Part shown: in pieces, positions 8,771-18,630 of the stretch
Position numbering within the stretch: the stretch's first letter is position 1
Layout: every line of letters starts with the position of its first letter
Assembly (NCBI GenBank): GCA_964368535.1
Contig: CAYJBC010000001.1
Span: 9,800 to 59,999, forward strand
Direction of reading: 5' to 3'
From: an uncultured Muribaculaceae bacterium
GTDB lineage: Bacteria; Bacillota_I; Bacilli_A; RF39; UBA660
Length of the DNA stretch: 50,200 bases
Notes under the pieces: model-generated
The model's input: only the letters and a program-made list of their open reading frames with translations
Database searches by the model: none
What the model was told of the DNA's origin: nothing
Translations under genes and position numbers: made by a program

Positions 8771-9907
8771 ATGAGAAAAAAAGCTGTTGGTATTATATGT
8801 GAGTTTAACCCACTTCATAATGGGCACATATATTTTATTAATGAAGTAAAAAAAATGTATCCAGATAGAGTAATTGTGCTAGTTTTAAATAGTTACTTTT
8901 TACAGCGTGGTGAACCCTCTGTGATTAGTAAAGAAAACAGAGTAAATTTAGCCCTTGAATATGGCGTTGACTTAGTACTTGAGCAACCAGTATTTTTTGG
9001 AACACAAAGCGCAGATACTTTTGCAGAATGTGCGATTACATTACTTGAACTACTTAAAGTTAATACTTTAGTATTTGGTAGTGAGTGCAATGATAAAAAT
9101 AAATTATTTGAAATAGCTAATAAACAATTAACTGATCCTGAATTTAACGAAATTATTAAAGAAAATTTAAAACAAGGAATTAACTACCCTACTGCAGTTG
9201 CCAAAGCGTGTAATTTTAAAGGTTTTGAATATACTCCAAATGATATACTAGGTATATGTTATATTAAATCTATTATTCAAAATAATTATAAAATTGAGTA
9301 CGAAACTATTCAAAGAACTAATGGATTTCATGATAACAAATTAGATAATGAAATTGTGTCTGCATCTAATGTAAGAAAAAGACTTGAAAACAACGAAAAA
9401 ATTGATAAATATGTTCCTAAAAATGTAATAAAATACATTAATAAAATTGATTATGACAAATTATTTTCTATATTAAAAATCAAAGTAATTAATGATAATA
9501 ATTTATTACAATATTTAGATGTAGACTCTGGTATGGCAATAAAATTACCAAGAACTGCACTTACATCTAAAAATTATCAAGAGTTTGTTGAGAAAGCTAA
9601 AAATAAAAATTATACTTATACTAGAATTAATCGAATGATTACACATATTTTACTTAGTATTACAAAAGAAGATGCTAGAAAATTAAAATTAGAATATTTG
9701 CATATTTTAGGATTTAATAAAGATGGACAAAAATATGTGAGTTTACATAAGAAATATTTATTTTTGCCAAATGGCACTGATAAGTATTCCAAAATATACA
9801 AATATGAAGTGCGCGCTGCAGCACTTTATGAAGTATTAACTGGTGAAATATGTTATAAGTTTGATCACAGTACTAAACCAATCAAAAAAATAGAACCACA
9901 AAAGTAG
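8771..9907 (+). CDS. tmcAL: tRNA(Met) cytidine acetate ligase (YlbM/TmcAL, UPF0348 nucleotidyltransferase)
   Basis: 378 aa. AVGIICEFNPLHNGHIYF...FLQRGEPSVISK...GVDLVLEQP...FGSE aligns closely with my recollection of B. subtilis YlbM. Confidence 0.8.
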   Translation: MRKKAVGIICEFNPLHNGHIYFINEVKKMYPDRVIVLVLNSYFLQRGEPSVISKENRVNLALEYGVDLVLEQPVFFGTQSADTFAECAITLLELLKVNTLVFGSECNDKNKLFEIANKQLTDPEFNEIIKENLKQGINYPTAVAKACNFKGFEYTPNDILGICYIKSIIQNNYKIEYETIQRTNGFHDNKLDNEIVSASNVRKRLENNEKIDKYVPKNVIKYINKIDYDKLFSILKIKVINDNNLLQYLDVDSGMAIKLPRTALTSKNYQEFVEKAKNKNYTYTRINRMITHILLSITKEDARKLKLEYLHILGFNKDGQKYVSLHKKYLFLPNGTDKYSKIYKYEVRAAALYEVLTGEICYKFDHSTKPIKKIEPQK

Positions 9908-9920
9908 TTCTATTTTTAAT
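9890..9920 (+). terminator. tmcAL terminator-like hairpin
   Basis: 7-bp stem ATAGAAC/GTTCTAT with a 10-nt loop, followed by TTTTTAATTT. The stop codon lies in the loop. Confidence 0.5.
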
Positions 9921-9964
9921 TTATGAAATATGATTGTATAAATTCTTGTTGTGATTTTCTTTTT

Positions 9965-11014
9965 TTAAAATAGTTTTATGATGTCTTGTATTGCAATATA
10001 AATTGTCAAAAGCATTAAAAGTGCAAATCCTACTAAATGGAATATATTTTCTATTTTTGAATTTACTGGACTTCCTTTTATTTTTTCTATAATTAAGAAT
10101 ACTATTCTACCACCATCAAATGCTGGGAAAGGTAAAATATTTAGAAATCCTACATTGATTGATAGTAAAGCTACTAAATATATTATATTAGGCAATCCTT
10201 GACTTTTAGATACTTCTACTACTTCATACATACCTATTGGGCCCGCAAGTGAATCTAAGCCTATTTTACCAGTAAATAAACCTGCGATTGTAAGAGTCAT
10301 TGATTCAACAATTGCTCCGAATTTAACAAATGAATACTTAATACTATCTAAAAAACTATCAGCTACTTCTGCTTTAACATGTATACCAAAAATCTTAGTT
10401 TCTACACCATTGTCATCTTCTTCAATATCTGGTGTTATATTATAAGTTTCTTCTTTTCCATTTTCATGTTCTATAACAAATTCATAAATACCATCTGCAT
10501 CTTTCATATAAAGAACTATTTGAGCAGTATCCCAAGTATTAATGTTATACCCATTAATTTCTTTAATAGTGTCACCTGCAGTAATGCCAGCTTCAGCCAT
10601 TGGTCTATCTTCTTCGACTTTATCAACTACTGGCAAAAGCGTTGCTCCGCCCCAAATAAGTGATACAAAAAATAATACTATTAATGCTAAGATGAAATTA
10701 TTTATAACTCCAGCAGCTAAAACTATTATTCTTTGATACCATTTTTTATTACACATGAATTTTTCTTTTGGTATTTTATTTTCTGTATCATCTTCATAGA
10801 CTTCACCAGCCATAGATACAAATCCTCCGATGGGGATTGCTCTTAAGTTATAATCTATTCCATCTTTACCTTTTTTCTTTAAAATGATTGGTCCCATTCC
10901 TAATGAAAATTCATAAATGTGTACTCCGAACTTTCTAGCCCAGAAAAAGTGACCTAACTCGTGAATAAATATTAATAAACCTAGTATTAATATTAAAATA
11001 ATTATTGATAACAT
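9965..11014 (-). CDS. rseP: Site-2 (M50) intramembrane zinc metalloprotease RseP/RasP
   Basis: 349 aa. HELGHF zinc motif, central PDZ-like segment, NILPFPAFDGG. Confidence 0.88.
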   Translation of the reverse strand: MLSIIILILILGLLIFIHELGHFFWARKFGVHIYEFSLGMGPIILKKKGKDGIDYNLRAIPIGGFVSMAGEVYEDDTENKIPKEKFMCNKKWYQRIIVLAAGVINNFILALIVLFFVSLIWGGATLLPVVDKVEEDRPMAEAGITAGDTIKEINGYNINTWDTAQIVLYMKDADGIYEFVIEHENGKEETYNITPDIEEDDNGVETKIFGIHVKAEVADSFLDSIKYSFVKFGAIVESMTLTIAGLFTGKIGLDSLAGPIGMYEVVEVSKSQGLPNIIYLVALLSINVGFLNILPFPAFDGGRIVFLIIEKIKGSPVNSKIENIFHLVGFALLMLLTIYIAIQDIIKLF

Positions 11015-11023
11015 TGTTCCTCC

Positions 11024-11809
11024 TTAAATGAACATCATGAATACTAAATAAAATAATGATACAACTAGTATACTATCTAATCTATCAAGAACACCACCAT
11101 GACCTGGCATTATATTTGAAAAATCTTTTACATCATTTTCTCTTTTTAACTTGCTAAATAATAAATCTCCAAGTTGTGATACTACTGCAAATATTATTGT
11201 TATAATTATGATTTTTAAATTGATTTCATTAATTAAATTATGATATAAAATTAGAGGCACTATTGTACCTATAATTAAACCACCAATAGATCCTTCAACA
11301 GTTTTTTTAGGGCTTACTTCAGGTAGTAGCTTATGTTTGCCTATAAGCATTCCAGTAAAGTATGCAAAAGTATCACTAAGCATACATATAGAAATTAAAT
11401 ATATAAACATGTATAACGAACTTCTAGCTGCGATTAAGCCACTGAAAGCATATCCTAAGAATAATAATATTCCAAAAAAATAAAAAGCGTGTTCAAATTT
11501 ATATTTATTTTTTTTATAAAATAATGTAGGTATAATTAATAACGTTATACCAAATAGTATATCCAAATAATATAAATTAATATAAGGAATATAAATATTA
11601 AATCTCATTATAAATAATAAATATACAAATACTCCTAAAACTTTAATTGCTTGAGGAATATTTTTTTTGAATATTTTTATTTCAGTTATTTCCTTATATG
11701 CAAACATAGATATTACTCCTACAGCAAGTAAATATGCACTTCCACCAAAATATATAATTGGAACTATTATAGCAAGTGCAATTAATGCACTTATAATTCT
11801 TTGTTTCAT
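11024..11809 (-). CDS. cdsA: Phosphatidate cytidylyltransferase
   Basis: 261 aa, polytopic. SKLKRENDVKDFSNIMPGHGGVLDRLDS signature. Confidence 0.88.
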   Translation of the reverse strand: MKQRIISALIALAIIVPIIYFGGSAYLLAVGVISMFAYKEITEIKIFKKNIPQAIKVLGVFVYLLFIMRFNIYIPYINLYYLDILFGITLLIIPTLFYKKNKYKFEHAFYFFGILLFLGYAFSGLIAARSSLYMFIYLISICMLSDTFAYFTGMLIGKHKLLPEVSPKKTVEGSIGGLIIGTIVPLILYHNLINEINLKIIIITIIFAVVSQLGDLLFSKLKRENDVKDFSNIMPGHGGVLDRLDSILVVSLFYLVFMMFI

Positions 11810-11825
11810 AAAACCACCTTTACAT

Positions 11826-11853
11826 AAAAAAATGAGATAGATTAGACTCTATC
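11826..11853 (-). terminator. Terminator-like hairpin after the divIVA-like gene
   Basis: Minus strand reads GATAGA-GTCTAA-TCTATC then TCATTTTTTT. The stop codon lies in the loop. Confidence 0.45.
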
Positions 11854-12267
11854 ATCAAATCTTTCTATTTCGTCTAAATGTTCTTCAACCATGTTTCTAA
11901 ATCTTTTCTTAAAAACAAACACTTTTCTCCTTAGACTTTCAGACTCTTCTTCAACTTTTTCTGCTCTTAATAATGCATTATTCACTATTCTAGAAGCATT
12001 CTTCTTTGCATCTTCTACTATCAATTTTGATTCATCAAATGCAGCTCTACGGATATTACTAGTAGATTCTTCTGCTATAAGTATAGCTCTATTAAACGTA
12101 GATTCTAAATTTTTGTATTTAATCATTTCTTTTTCTAGTTCTAAACTTCTTTGATCACTAGCTTTAAGTTTATTTAAAAGTTCTTCATATTCTTTTATAA
12201 CTTCAGCTAAAAAATCATTTACTTCTTTTTTAGAATATCCAGAAAAAGATGTGCTAAACTTTTTCAT
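11842..12267 (-). CDS. DivIVA-domain cell-division protein (DivIVA/GpsB-like, short)
   Basis: 141 aa. N-terminal F..SFSGYSKKEVNDFLAEVIKEYEEL DivIVA motif followed by a coiled coil. Confidence 0.8.
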   Translation of the reverse strand: MKKFSTSFSGYSKKEVNDFLAEVIKEYEELLNKLKASDQRSLELEKEMIKYKNLESTFNRAILIAEESTSNIRRAAFDESKLIVEDAKKNASRIVNNALLRAEKVEEESESLRRKVFVFKKRFRNMVEEHLDEIERFDDRV

Positions 12268-12283
12268 AAACTACTCCTTTACT

Positions 12284-12697
12284 TTACCAATTTAATTCAT
12301 CAGAATTATTATTTTTACTTCCTTTTTCTGCATCTTCAGTGATTTTACCTTGAACGCTAACATTTTTCGGTGCGCAAACATATATGCCTACACCTATTTT
12401 TTGCATAGAGCCACCAATTGAATATATGCATCCACTTAGAAAATCTATAATTCTTTTAGCCTGATCAGAAGTAACTCTTTTTAAATTTACAACCACACTA
12501 TTTCTATTTTTTAAATGATCTGCTATTTGCTGAGCTTCTGAAAATGCTCTAGGTTCAAGCAGAATCATTTTATTACCTGTTTTATCAGCTTCTTTTATAG
12601 CTTCTGCTTCTGACATATTGTAATATTCATCTTCTGTTCCTACTAAATTGTCATCTTCGTCGTCTTTAAATAAGCTTTTTAATTTCTTTAAGGCCAT
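12284..12697 (-). CDS. sepF: Cell division protein SepF
   Basis: 137 aa. ILLEPRAFSEAQQIADHLKNRNSVVVNLKRV...AKRIIDFLSGCIYSIGGSMQKIG matches the SepF core. Confidence 0.85.
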   Translation of the reverse strand: MALKKLKSLFKDDEDDNLVGTEDEYYNMSEAEAIKEADKTGNKMILLEPRAFSEAQQIADHLKNRNSVVVNLKRVTSDQAKRIIDFLSGCIYSIGGSMQKIGVGIYVCAPKNVSVQGKITEDAEKGSKNNNSDELNW

Positions 12698-12806
12698 AAT
12701 AATATTCTCCTATCTATTCTTACTATAATATCATAACAAATATTATTCAAACTTTCAACTTAAAATGGATAATATATTAAAAAAAATTGCAATTAATGCA
12801 ACTTTC

Positions 12807-13580
12807 TTATTTTGTTTTTGTAATTTTATTAACTATATTTGTAGCCATTTCTTTATTTCCTTCGAAGGCTCTTAAAACCTCTAGTGGAATTGCAAAGATA
12901 ACTGTATTTGATTGATCAGATGATAAATCATTTAAAGTTGATAAAGTTCTTAAATGTAGTGCTCCTGGAGATGATGACATAATGCCTGCTGCTTCAGCAA
13001 GATTTTGAGATGCCTCTACTTCTCCTTGTGCTTTTGTTATAATCGCAGCTTTTTCTCTTTCAGCTTCAGCAACTTTTGCTATTACCCTTTTCATTTCTTC
13101 AGGTAACGCCACATCTTTAAGTTCAACATTTTCCACTTTAATTCCCCATGGATCTGTTGCTTTATCAATAACGGTACATATTTCTGAAGATATTTTTTCT
13201 CTCTCACTTAATAGTTCGTCAAGTGATACTGAACCTACAGCATTTCTCATTGTTGTTTGAGCAAGTTGTGATACTGCATATAAATAATTTTCTACAGCTA
13301 ATACACTTTTGCTGGCATCAAATACTTTAAAATAAATTACTGCATTTATTCTTATAGATACATTATCTTTAGTAATTGCTTCTTGTTCTGGAACATCAAC
13401 AGCTTTTGTTCTGACATCAACTTTTTTATAATGATGAATTATTGGAAGAACTAATCTCCAACCTGGTTCCATAATGCTTCTAAATTTACCAAATGAAAAT
13501 TTAACTCCTCTTTCATATTCATTTATTTGTCTTACAGACGTTACTAGTATTACTAGTATTATGATTATAATTACTCCCAT
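12807..13580 (-). CDS. SPFH/band-7 (stomatin/prohibitin-like) membrane protein
   Basis: 257 aa. N-terminal TM, then EYERGVKFSFGKF...ITKDNV...VIYFKV...AEAEREKAAIITKAQGE. Confidence 0.85.
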   Translation of the reverse strand: MGVIIIIILVILVTSVRQINEYERGVKFSFGKFRSIMEPGWRLVLPIIHHYKKVDVRTKAVDVPEQEAITKDNVSIRINAVIYFKVFDASKSVLAVENYLYAVSQLAQTTMRNAVGSVSLDELLSEREKISSEICTVIDKATDPWGIKVENVELKDVALPEEMKRVIAKVAEAEREKAAIITKAQGEVEASQNLAEAAGIMSSSPGALHLRTLSTLNDLSSDQSNTVIFAIPLEVLRAFEGNKEMATNIVNKITKTK

Positions 13581-13589
13581 GAATTTCTC

Positions 13590-14966
13590 CTATATTTCTA
13601 ATTTTCTATTTATATAACCAACAAGTTCTTCAACACTTAATTTAATTTGCTGCATTGTATCACGATCTCTAACTGTAACAATATCATGTTCTATAGTTTC
13701 TTCGTCTATCGTTATAGCAAAAGGTGTTCCAATTGCATCACTTCTACGATATCTTTTCCCTATAGAACCTGACTCATCATAACTACATGGAAAATGTTTA
13801 CAAAGTCTTGCATATATATCATTCGCTTTTTCGCCATGTATTTTTTTAATAAGTGGTAATATTGAAATTTTATATGGTGATAAAGCTGGATGTATATTTA
13901 AAACTTCTCTTTCATCGCCATTATCTAACTTTTCTTTTTTATATGCACTTGTAAGAATAGCTAAAAATAATCTATCTAAACCAACTGATGGCTCAACTAC
14001 ATATGGTGTATATTTTTCATTAGTTTCTTGATCTATTACTCTTAGGTCAGCTTTTGAACGATTCATATGTACTGTTAAGTCATAATCAGTTCTGTCTGCT
14101 ATCCCCCATAATTCTCCCCATCCCATTGGGAATAAAAATTCTATATCACTTGTTGCTTTTGAATAAAATGATAACTCTTCTTTACCGTGATCTCTAAATC
14201 TCAAACTTTCTTTTTTTATTCCTAAAGTTTTTAAAAAATCCATGCAATAATTTTTCCAGTATCCAAACCATTCTAAATCTGTACCTGGTTTACAAAAGAA
14301 CTCAAGTTCCATTTGTTCAAATTCTCTAGTTCTAAAAATAAAGTTTCCTGGTGTAATCTCATTTCTAAATGCTTTACCAGTTTGTGCTACTCCAAAAGGA
14401 ATTTTTGCTCTCATACTTCTTTCAATGTTTTTAAAATTAATAAATATACCTTGTGCTGTTTCTCCTCTTAAATAAGCAATATTTTTGTTACCTTCAGTAA
14501 CACCAATACTAGTTTCAAACAATAAATTAAATCTTCTTATATTTGTATAGTCAAGTGAACCACATTTAGGGCATACAATCTTTTCATCTTGAATATATTT
14601 TTCTAATTTTTCTGATTCCCAGCCGTCTCCAGTTTCTTTTCCTTCAGTAGCGTCTTCAACTAATTTGTCTGCTCTAAATCTTGATTTACATTTTTTACAA
14701 TCTATCATTGGATCAGCAAAAGAATCTACATGTCCAGATGCAATCCAAACTTCTGGATTTGTTATTATAGCTGAATCTAATCCATAATTATATGGATTCT
14801 CCATTATAAATTTCTTTTTCCATATATTTCTAATGTTTTCTTTTAAATTTGTACCAAGTGGTCCGTAATCCCATGAATTTGCTAGACCTCCATATATTTC
14901 ACTACCTTGAAATATAAAACCATAAGTCTTACAATAATTCACTAAGTTTTCCATTGTTGTTTCCAA
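13590..14966 (-). CDS. glyQS: Glycine--tRNA ligase (single-chain class II GlyRS)
   Basis: GFIFQGSEIYGGLANSWDYGPLG, FRNEITPGNFIFRTREFEQMELEFF, GLDRL. The start is uncertain: in-frame TTG at 14966 lies 8 nt after AAGGAG, ATG at 14954 is also possible, and the track ORF begins at GTG 14975 inside the SD. No T-box lies upstream. Confidence 0.92.
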   Translation of the reverse strand: METTMENLVNYCKTYGFIFQGSEIYGGLANSWDYGPLGTNLKENIRNIWKKKFIMENPYNYGLDSAIITNPEVWIASGHVDSFADPMIDCKKCKSRFRADKLVEDATEGKETGDGWESEKLEKYIQDEKIVCPKCGSLDYTNIRRFNLLFETSIGVTEGNKNIAYLRGETAQGIFINFKNIERSMRAKIPFGVAQTGKAFRNEITPGNFIFRTREFEQMELEFFCKPGTDLEWFGYWKNYCMDFLKTLGIKKESLRFRDHGKEELSFYSKATSDIEFLFPMGWGELWGIADRTDYDLTVHMNRSKADLRVIDQETNEKYTPYVVEPSVGLDRLFLAILTSAYKKEKLDNGDEREVLNIHPALSPYKISILPLIKKIHGEKANDIYARLCKHFPCSYDESGSIGKRYRRSDAIGTPFAITIDEETIEHDIVTVRDRDTMQQIKLSVEELVGYINRKLEI

Positions 14967-15020
14967 AAAAATCACTCCTTAAAAGTATTATACTAAAAAA
15001 ATAAAAATACTTCCATATTT

Positions 15021-16217
15021 TTATTTAATTATTTGAATAAACTGGTCTAAAGTTGTATAACTCATTATAGTAGATCTAGGTATTTTAAATTTATCTACTC
15101 CAATTGTTGCATTTGTCATACCGCCTCTAAAAGCCATTTCAAAGCCTGCATCTTTCAGTACACTTATTGAATAATCATTGTATTCATAAAATGGATAACA
15201 AAAGGCTGTTGAATTATCAAGTTCTGCTCTACTAAGTGCTAGGTCTTCCATTAATCTATCATAGTCCCAACATTTAATTGCTCCACCTTGTCCTCCTGGA
15301 CATTCTCCTACACCATGCAAATCATGACCATGAGATGCAAATTCAATATATGGACTATAAAATTGTTCTTTATCATACCAACTAGTAATTAAAAACAATG
15401 TTAAATTTATTTCATATTCATCTACTATAGGATACAAAAATTCAGCATACCATCCATCATCAACTGTGATTAGTACAGATTTTTCTGGTAAATTAATTTT
15501 ACCGTCTATAAACATACCTAATTCAGTTGTATTAAGTGTTACATAATTATTGTCCTTAATATAACTAAAATGACTTCTAATTTGAGTTTCAGAATGACAT
15601 ATTACCTGATTACAAGTAGTATCTCCATCTAAATATACAAAATGATATGCTACTACTGGTACATCACTTGCGTAGCTTTCAGTAGTGTTTTCGCTAGGTA
15701 TAACACTTACTTCATCGGATAACGCATAATATAATTTTCCATTATATTCAACATATAGTTTGTCATTGTCTTTGATTATTATAGGTAAACTTATGCTTTC
15801 AGTTAACTTTATAACAAGTTCATCTTCTTCATATAATTTTATTTCGTCACTTTCAATATTTTCATTAAATGGCAAATATCTATCATATTCTTTATCATAA
15901 ATGCTTAGACTTTCTATCTTTGTAACATCCTCATAAAAAACATAATAGTTTTTATCTTCTAGTACAAATTCAAAATAGCCATCATCAGTTTTACTAACTA
16001 ATGTTAGTTCAAAATTTTGTTCTAAAAATCCAATCTTTTCTAAATTTTCATCATATATATCTGCTTTTTTATTTAGTTTCACATAGTCACTATATTTTTC
16101 ATTTATTTCCTTTGTATAATCAATTTCATCTTTTTCTTTATTTATATATTTATAAACAAAAAAAGAAGATGCTGCTATAAAAATTACAATTACAATTATT
16201 ATAAGTATCTTCTTCAT
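15021..16217 (-). CDS. Membrane-anchored polysaccharide deacetylase (NodB-homology domain) with N-terminal repeat region
   Basis: 398 aa. N-terminal TM, VLITVDDGW and SHGHDLH motifs. Confidence 0.7.
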   Translation of the reverse strand: MKKILIIIVIVIFIAASSFFVYKYINKEKDEIDYTKEINEKYSDYVKLNKKADIYDENLEKIGFLEQNFELTLVSKTDDGYFEFVLEDKNYYVFYEDVTKIESLSIYDKEYDRYLPFNENIESDEIKLYEEDELVIKLTESISLPIIIKDNDKLYVEYNGKLYYALSDEVSVIPSENTTESYASDVPVVAYHFVYLDGDTTCNQVICHSETQIRSHFSYIKDNNYVTLNTTELGMFIDGKINLPEKSVLITVDDGWYAEFLYPIVDEYEINLTLFLITSWYDKEQFYSPYIEFASHGHDLHGVGECPGGQGGAIKCWDYDRLMEDLALSRAELDNSTAFCYPFYEYNDYSISVLKDAGFEMAFRGGMTNATIGVDKFKIPRSTIMSYTTLDQFIQIIK

Positions 16218-16229
16218 ATTTTTTTCTCC

Positions 16230-17252
16230 TTATGGAACCATTTTACCTTGTTTGTTAGTTACTATAAATGCATTTGATACATATCTTTCAACATGTCCTG
16301 TAGTAGATGGTGTGTTATAAAGTTCTCCGTTAACTGCTAAAGTTGTTGAACCTCCTCCATCTAAGTTTGCAGCATTATATGCTCCATATCTAACTAGTAT
16401 TTCTATTACTTCATTCATTGATGCACCTATTGAATACCCTGGCTGTCTTCCATCTATTACTAAAAATAATACAATTCCATCTTTTCTTTGTGCGATAACA
16501 GTTCTTGGTGCAATTCCCCATCCGCCATTACCAGCAAGTTCTGCTACTTTACCATTTACTATTAAATTTGGCCCAAATTCAATTGCTTCATCCATTCCAT
16601 TTTCTATAGCTACTTCTGGAGATTCTCCAGTTAAGTAAAGTTTATGATCGTCTGTAAATCCAATTAATTCTCCAGATCCTCCTGGGTATGTCCATATTAA
16701 TTCTTTATCTTTAATAATACTTCCGTATGGTGTTTCACCACTTCCCCAGCCATCAAGATCTTCGAATCCACCACCGTTTATACCAACTAAACCACCATTG
16801 TTTTCAGTCATAGTAGTTGTGTATTCACCGAATGATCCAAGTCTAGAAGATACAGCAATTTCTACATCAGCTGGGTCATATATTGCTACTAACCAACCAA
16901 CATAGTCATCACCTTTTAAATCTATTATTTTATATACTTCATTATTTTCATCTTTTGTATATATTTCTTCTTCATATACTGACTCGTAGTGAGTTTTTTC
17001 TCCTGTACCATTTATTACTATATCATCTAAGTTAACATCTTCAGTTATTGATACAATATAGTTTTGATTCATAACTGAATCAATAGTTTCTTTACTATAA
17101 AAAGTATTAGCAAAGTATTTATGTGTCATTGTAGTCATCGCAGTAGTAATCCAAAATTCTTTAAAAGCTGGAACGTTAATAGTTATAAGACCTGCAATTG
17201 CTATTAGATCAAATACTACAAACATATATGTATACCATTTAAACTTCTTCAT
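16230..17252 (-). CDS. Membrane-anchored phosphodiester glycosidase family protein (NAGPA/DUF2233-like)
   Basis: 340 aa. N-terminal TM, GINGGGFED, RTVIAQRKDGIVLFLVIDGRQPGYSIGASMNE...AANLDGGGSTT. Confidence 0.78.
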   Translation of the reverse strand: MKKFKWYTYMFVVFDLIAIAGLITINVPAFKEFWITTAMTTMTHKYFANTFYSKETIDSVMNQNYIVSITEDVNLDDIVINGTGEKTHYESVYEEEIYTKDENNEVYKIIDLKGDDYVGWLVAIYDPADVEIAVSSRLGSFGEYTTTMTENNGGLVGINGGGFEDLDGWGSGETPYGSIIKDKELIWTYPGGSGELIGFTDDHKLYLTGESPEVAIENGMDEAIEFGPNLIVNGKVAELAGNGGWGIAPRTVIAQRKDGIVLFLVIDGRQPGYSIGASMNEVIEILVRYGAYNAANLDGGGSTTLAVNGELYNTPSTTGHVERYVSNAFIVTNKQGKMVP

Positions 17253-17260
17253 TTTACCAC

Positions 17261-18595
17261 CTATTCTACTACATAAGGGCTGTATTCTGCCCCAACTCCA
17301 CTAGTTATACTTTCTTTATTTATACATATAACTGGAACTACATTTTTAGATTCACTTATTTGTACTTTATTAAGTAATCCTAATTCATTTTTAACAAATG
17401 CTACATCACTTACATGTCCATTATATGTAAGATAGAAAAAATCGCTATTCTCTGTATTTATAAAATCAAATACATTAGGAATTCCTATTTTTGCTATAGT
17501 TTCTTCACTATAAATACTAGTAAAATCATTATTATTATCGTCATTAATTAATCCAGTAGAAAAACTACAATCTACTAATTTATCTTTGTATGGCAAACTA
17601 TTATAATAATCATTATTTAAATAGTAACCAATATTATCTCTTGAATTTATATCATACTTAGTATTTGTATCACCAAAACTTCTTGTATCAGTTAAATTTT
17701 CTGTTTTAGCCATTTTAATAGTTGTATCAGATTCTTCAAATACTCTGAATAAATCTTCTCCAAGTTCAACATAAGTATTTATGTAAGACTCTTCTTCAAT
17801 TTGTATTATATATGGGTTATCCTCTTCACCTTTACCTCTTAATAAAATAACATCTTTATCAAGTTTAATTACAGGTCTTACACCATATGAACCATATGAT
17901 TTATCTGATGATATATTTCCCTTGTCATCTACGTATAAATAATTACCATCATCATCTACTCCAAGTAACCAGTGGAAAGTATCATTATCAAGAAAACTTC
18001 CTTCTCCACCTGCTTTGATATAGTCTTCTGCTGATAATAATGAAATATTTTTTTCTGTTACGATATCAGTATCTGTAAATTCTGAATTTGAGAATTTTTG
18101 AACTATAATATCTTGTTTAATTAAATATTCATCTGAAATAGGCAATAGATTTTCAAATACACCACTGTTTTCTTTTTCAGTTATGTTTAACCAATTATAT
18201 ACATTACTTTCAGTATAACTTAGGTCATTTCCCCACATAAAAGTACTTACATTTGCATCACTTACCAATATTAATTCCTTATCATTTGTAATGCCTACTA
18301 TTCTAAATAATATATTGTTAAAACTAACATAATTATTATCTATTTCTCCTTTAAAAAAATATCCGTCTGTATCTTTATATAATCCGTTACCACTGGTAAC
18401 TAAACTATTTGAATTTATTACTCCTTGAGCTATAGATTTATCATAATTTTGTCTTGCTTCATGTTCTTCTATTGCATAATAAACTGCTCTTGATCCAAAA
18501 TAAATCGCTAATATTGATAACACTACAACACTTATTATATTAAATATTTTTTCTTTCTTTCCTATTTTAATTTTCTCTTTTTTCACCTTCGCCAT
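17261..18595 (-). CDS. Type-II membrane-anchored protein with two copies of the RPV..L...G.G...PY-terminated domain (distant relative of the C-modules of P1-P6)
   Basis: 444 aa. K-rich N-terminus plus a TM. DTDGYFFKGEIDNNYVSFNNILFRIVGI resembles the YYFRG..NNWV.FAG.YWRI motif of P4-P6. The internal sequence GVRPVIKLDKDVILLRGKGEEDNPYIIQ and the C-terminal VVPVICINKESITSGVGAEYSPYVVE resemble the P-family ends. It lacks the P-family N-module. Confidence 0.6.
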   Translation of the reverse strand: MAKVKKEKIKIGKKEKIFNIISVVVLSILAIYFGSRAVYYAIEEHEARQNYDKSIAQGVINSNSLVTSGNGLYKDTDGYFFKGEIDNNYVSFNNILFRIVGITNDKELILVSDANVSTFMWGNDLSYTESNVYNWLNITEKENSGVFENLLPISDEYLIKQDIIVQKFSNSEFTDTDIVTEKNISLLSAEDYIKAGGEGSFLDNDTFHWLLGVDDDGNYLYVDDKGNISSDKSYGSYGVRPVIKLDKDVILLRGKGEEDNPYIIQIEEESYINTYVELGEDLFRVFEESDTTIKMAKTENLTDTRSFGDTNTKYDINSRDNIGYYLNNDYYNSLPYKDKLVDCSFSTGLINDDNNNDFTSIYSEETIAKIGIPNVFDFINTENSDFFYLTYNGHVSDVAFVKNELGLLNKVQISESKNVVPVICINKESITSGVGAEYSPYVVE

Positions 18596-18630
18596 AACAC
18601 AAACTCCTATACTTAATCATCGTACCAAAT

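Noticed and set aside
12779-12801. Hairpin TTGCA-ATTAA-TGCAA plus a T8 run after the SPFH gene, considered as a terminator
   Set aside because: The stem is only 5 bp. It is plausible but too weak to list as a feature.
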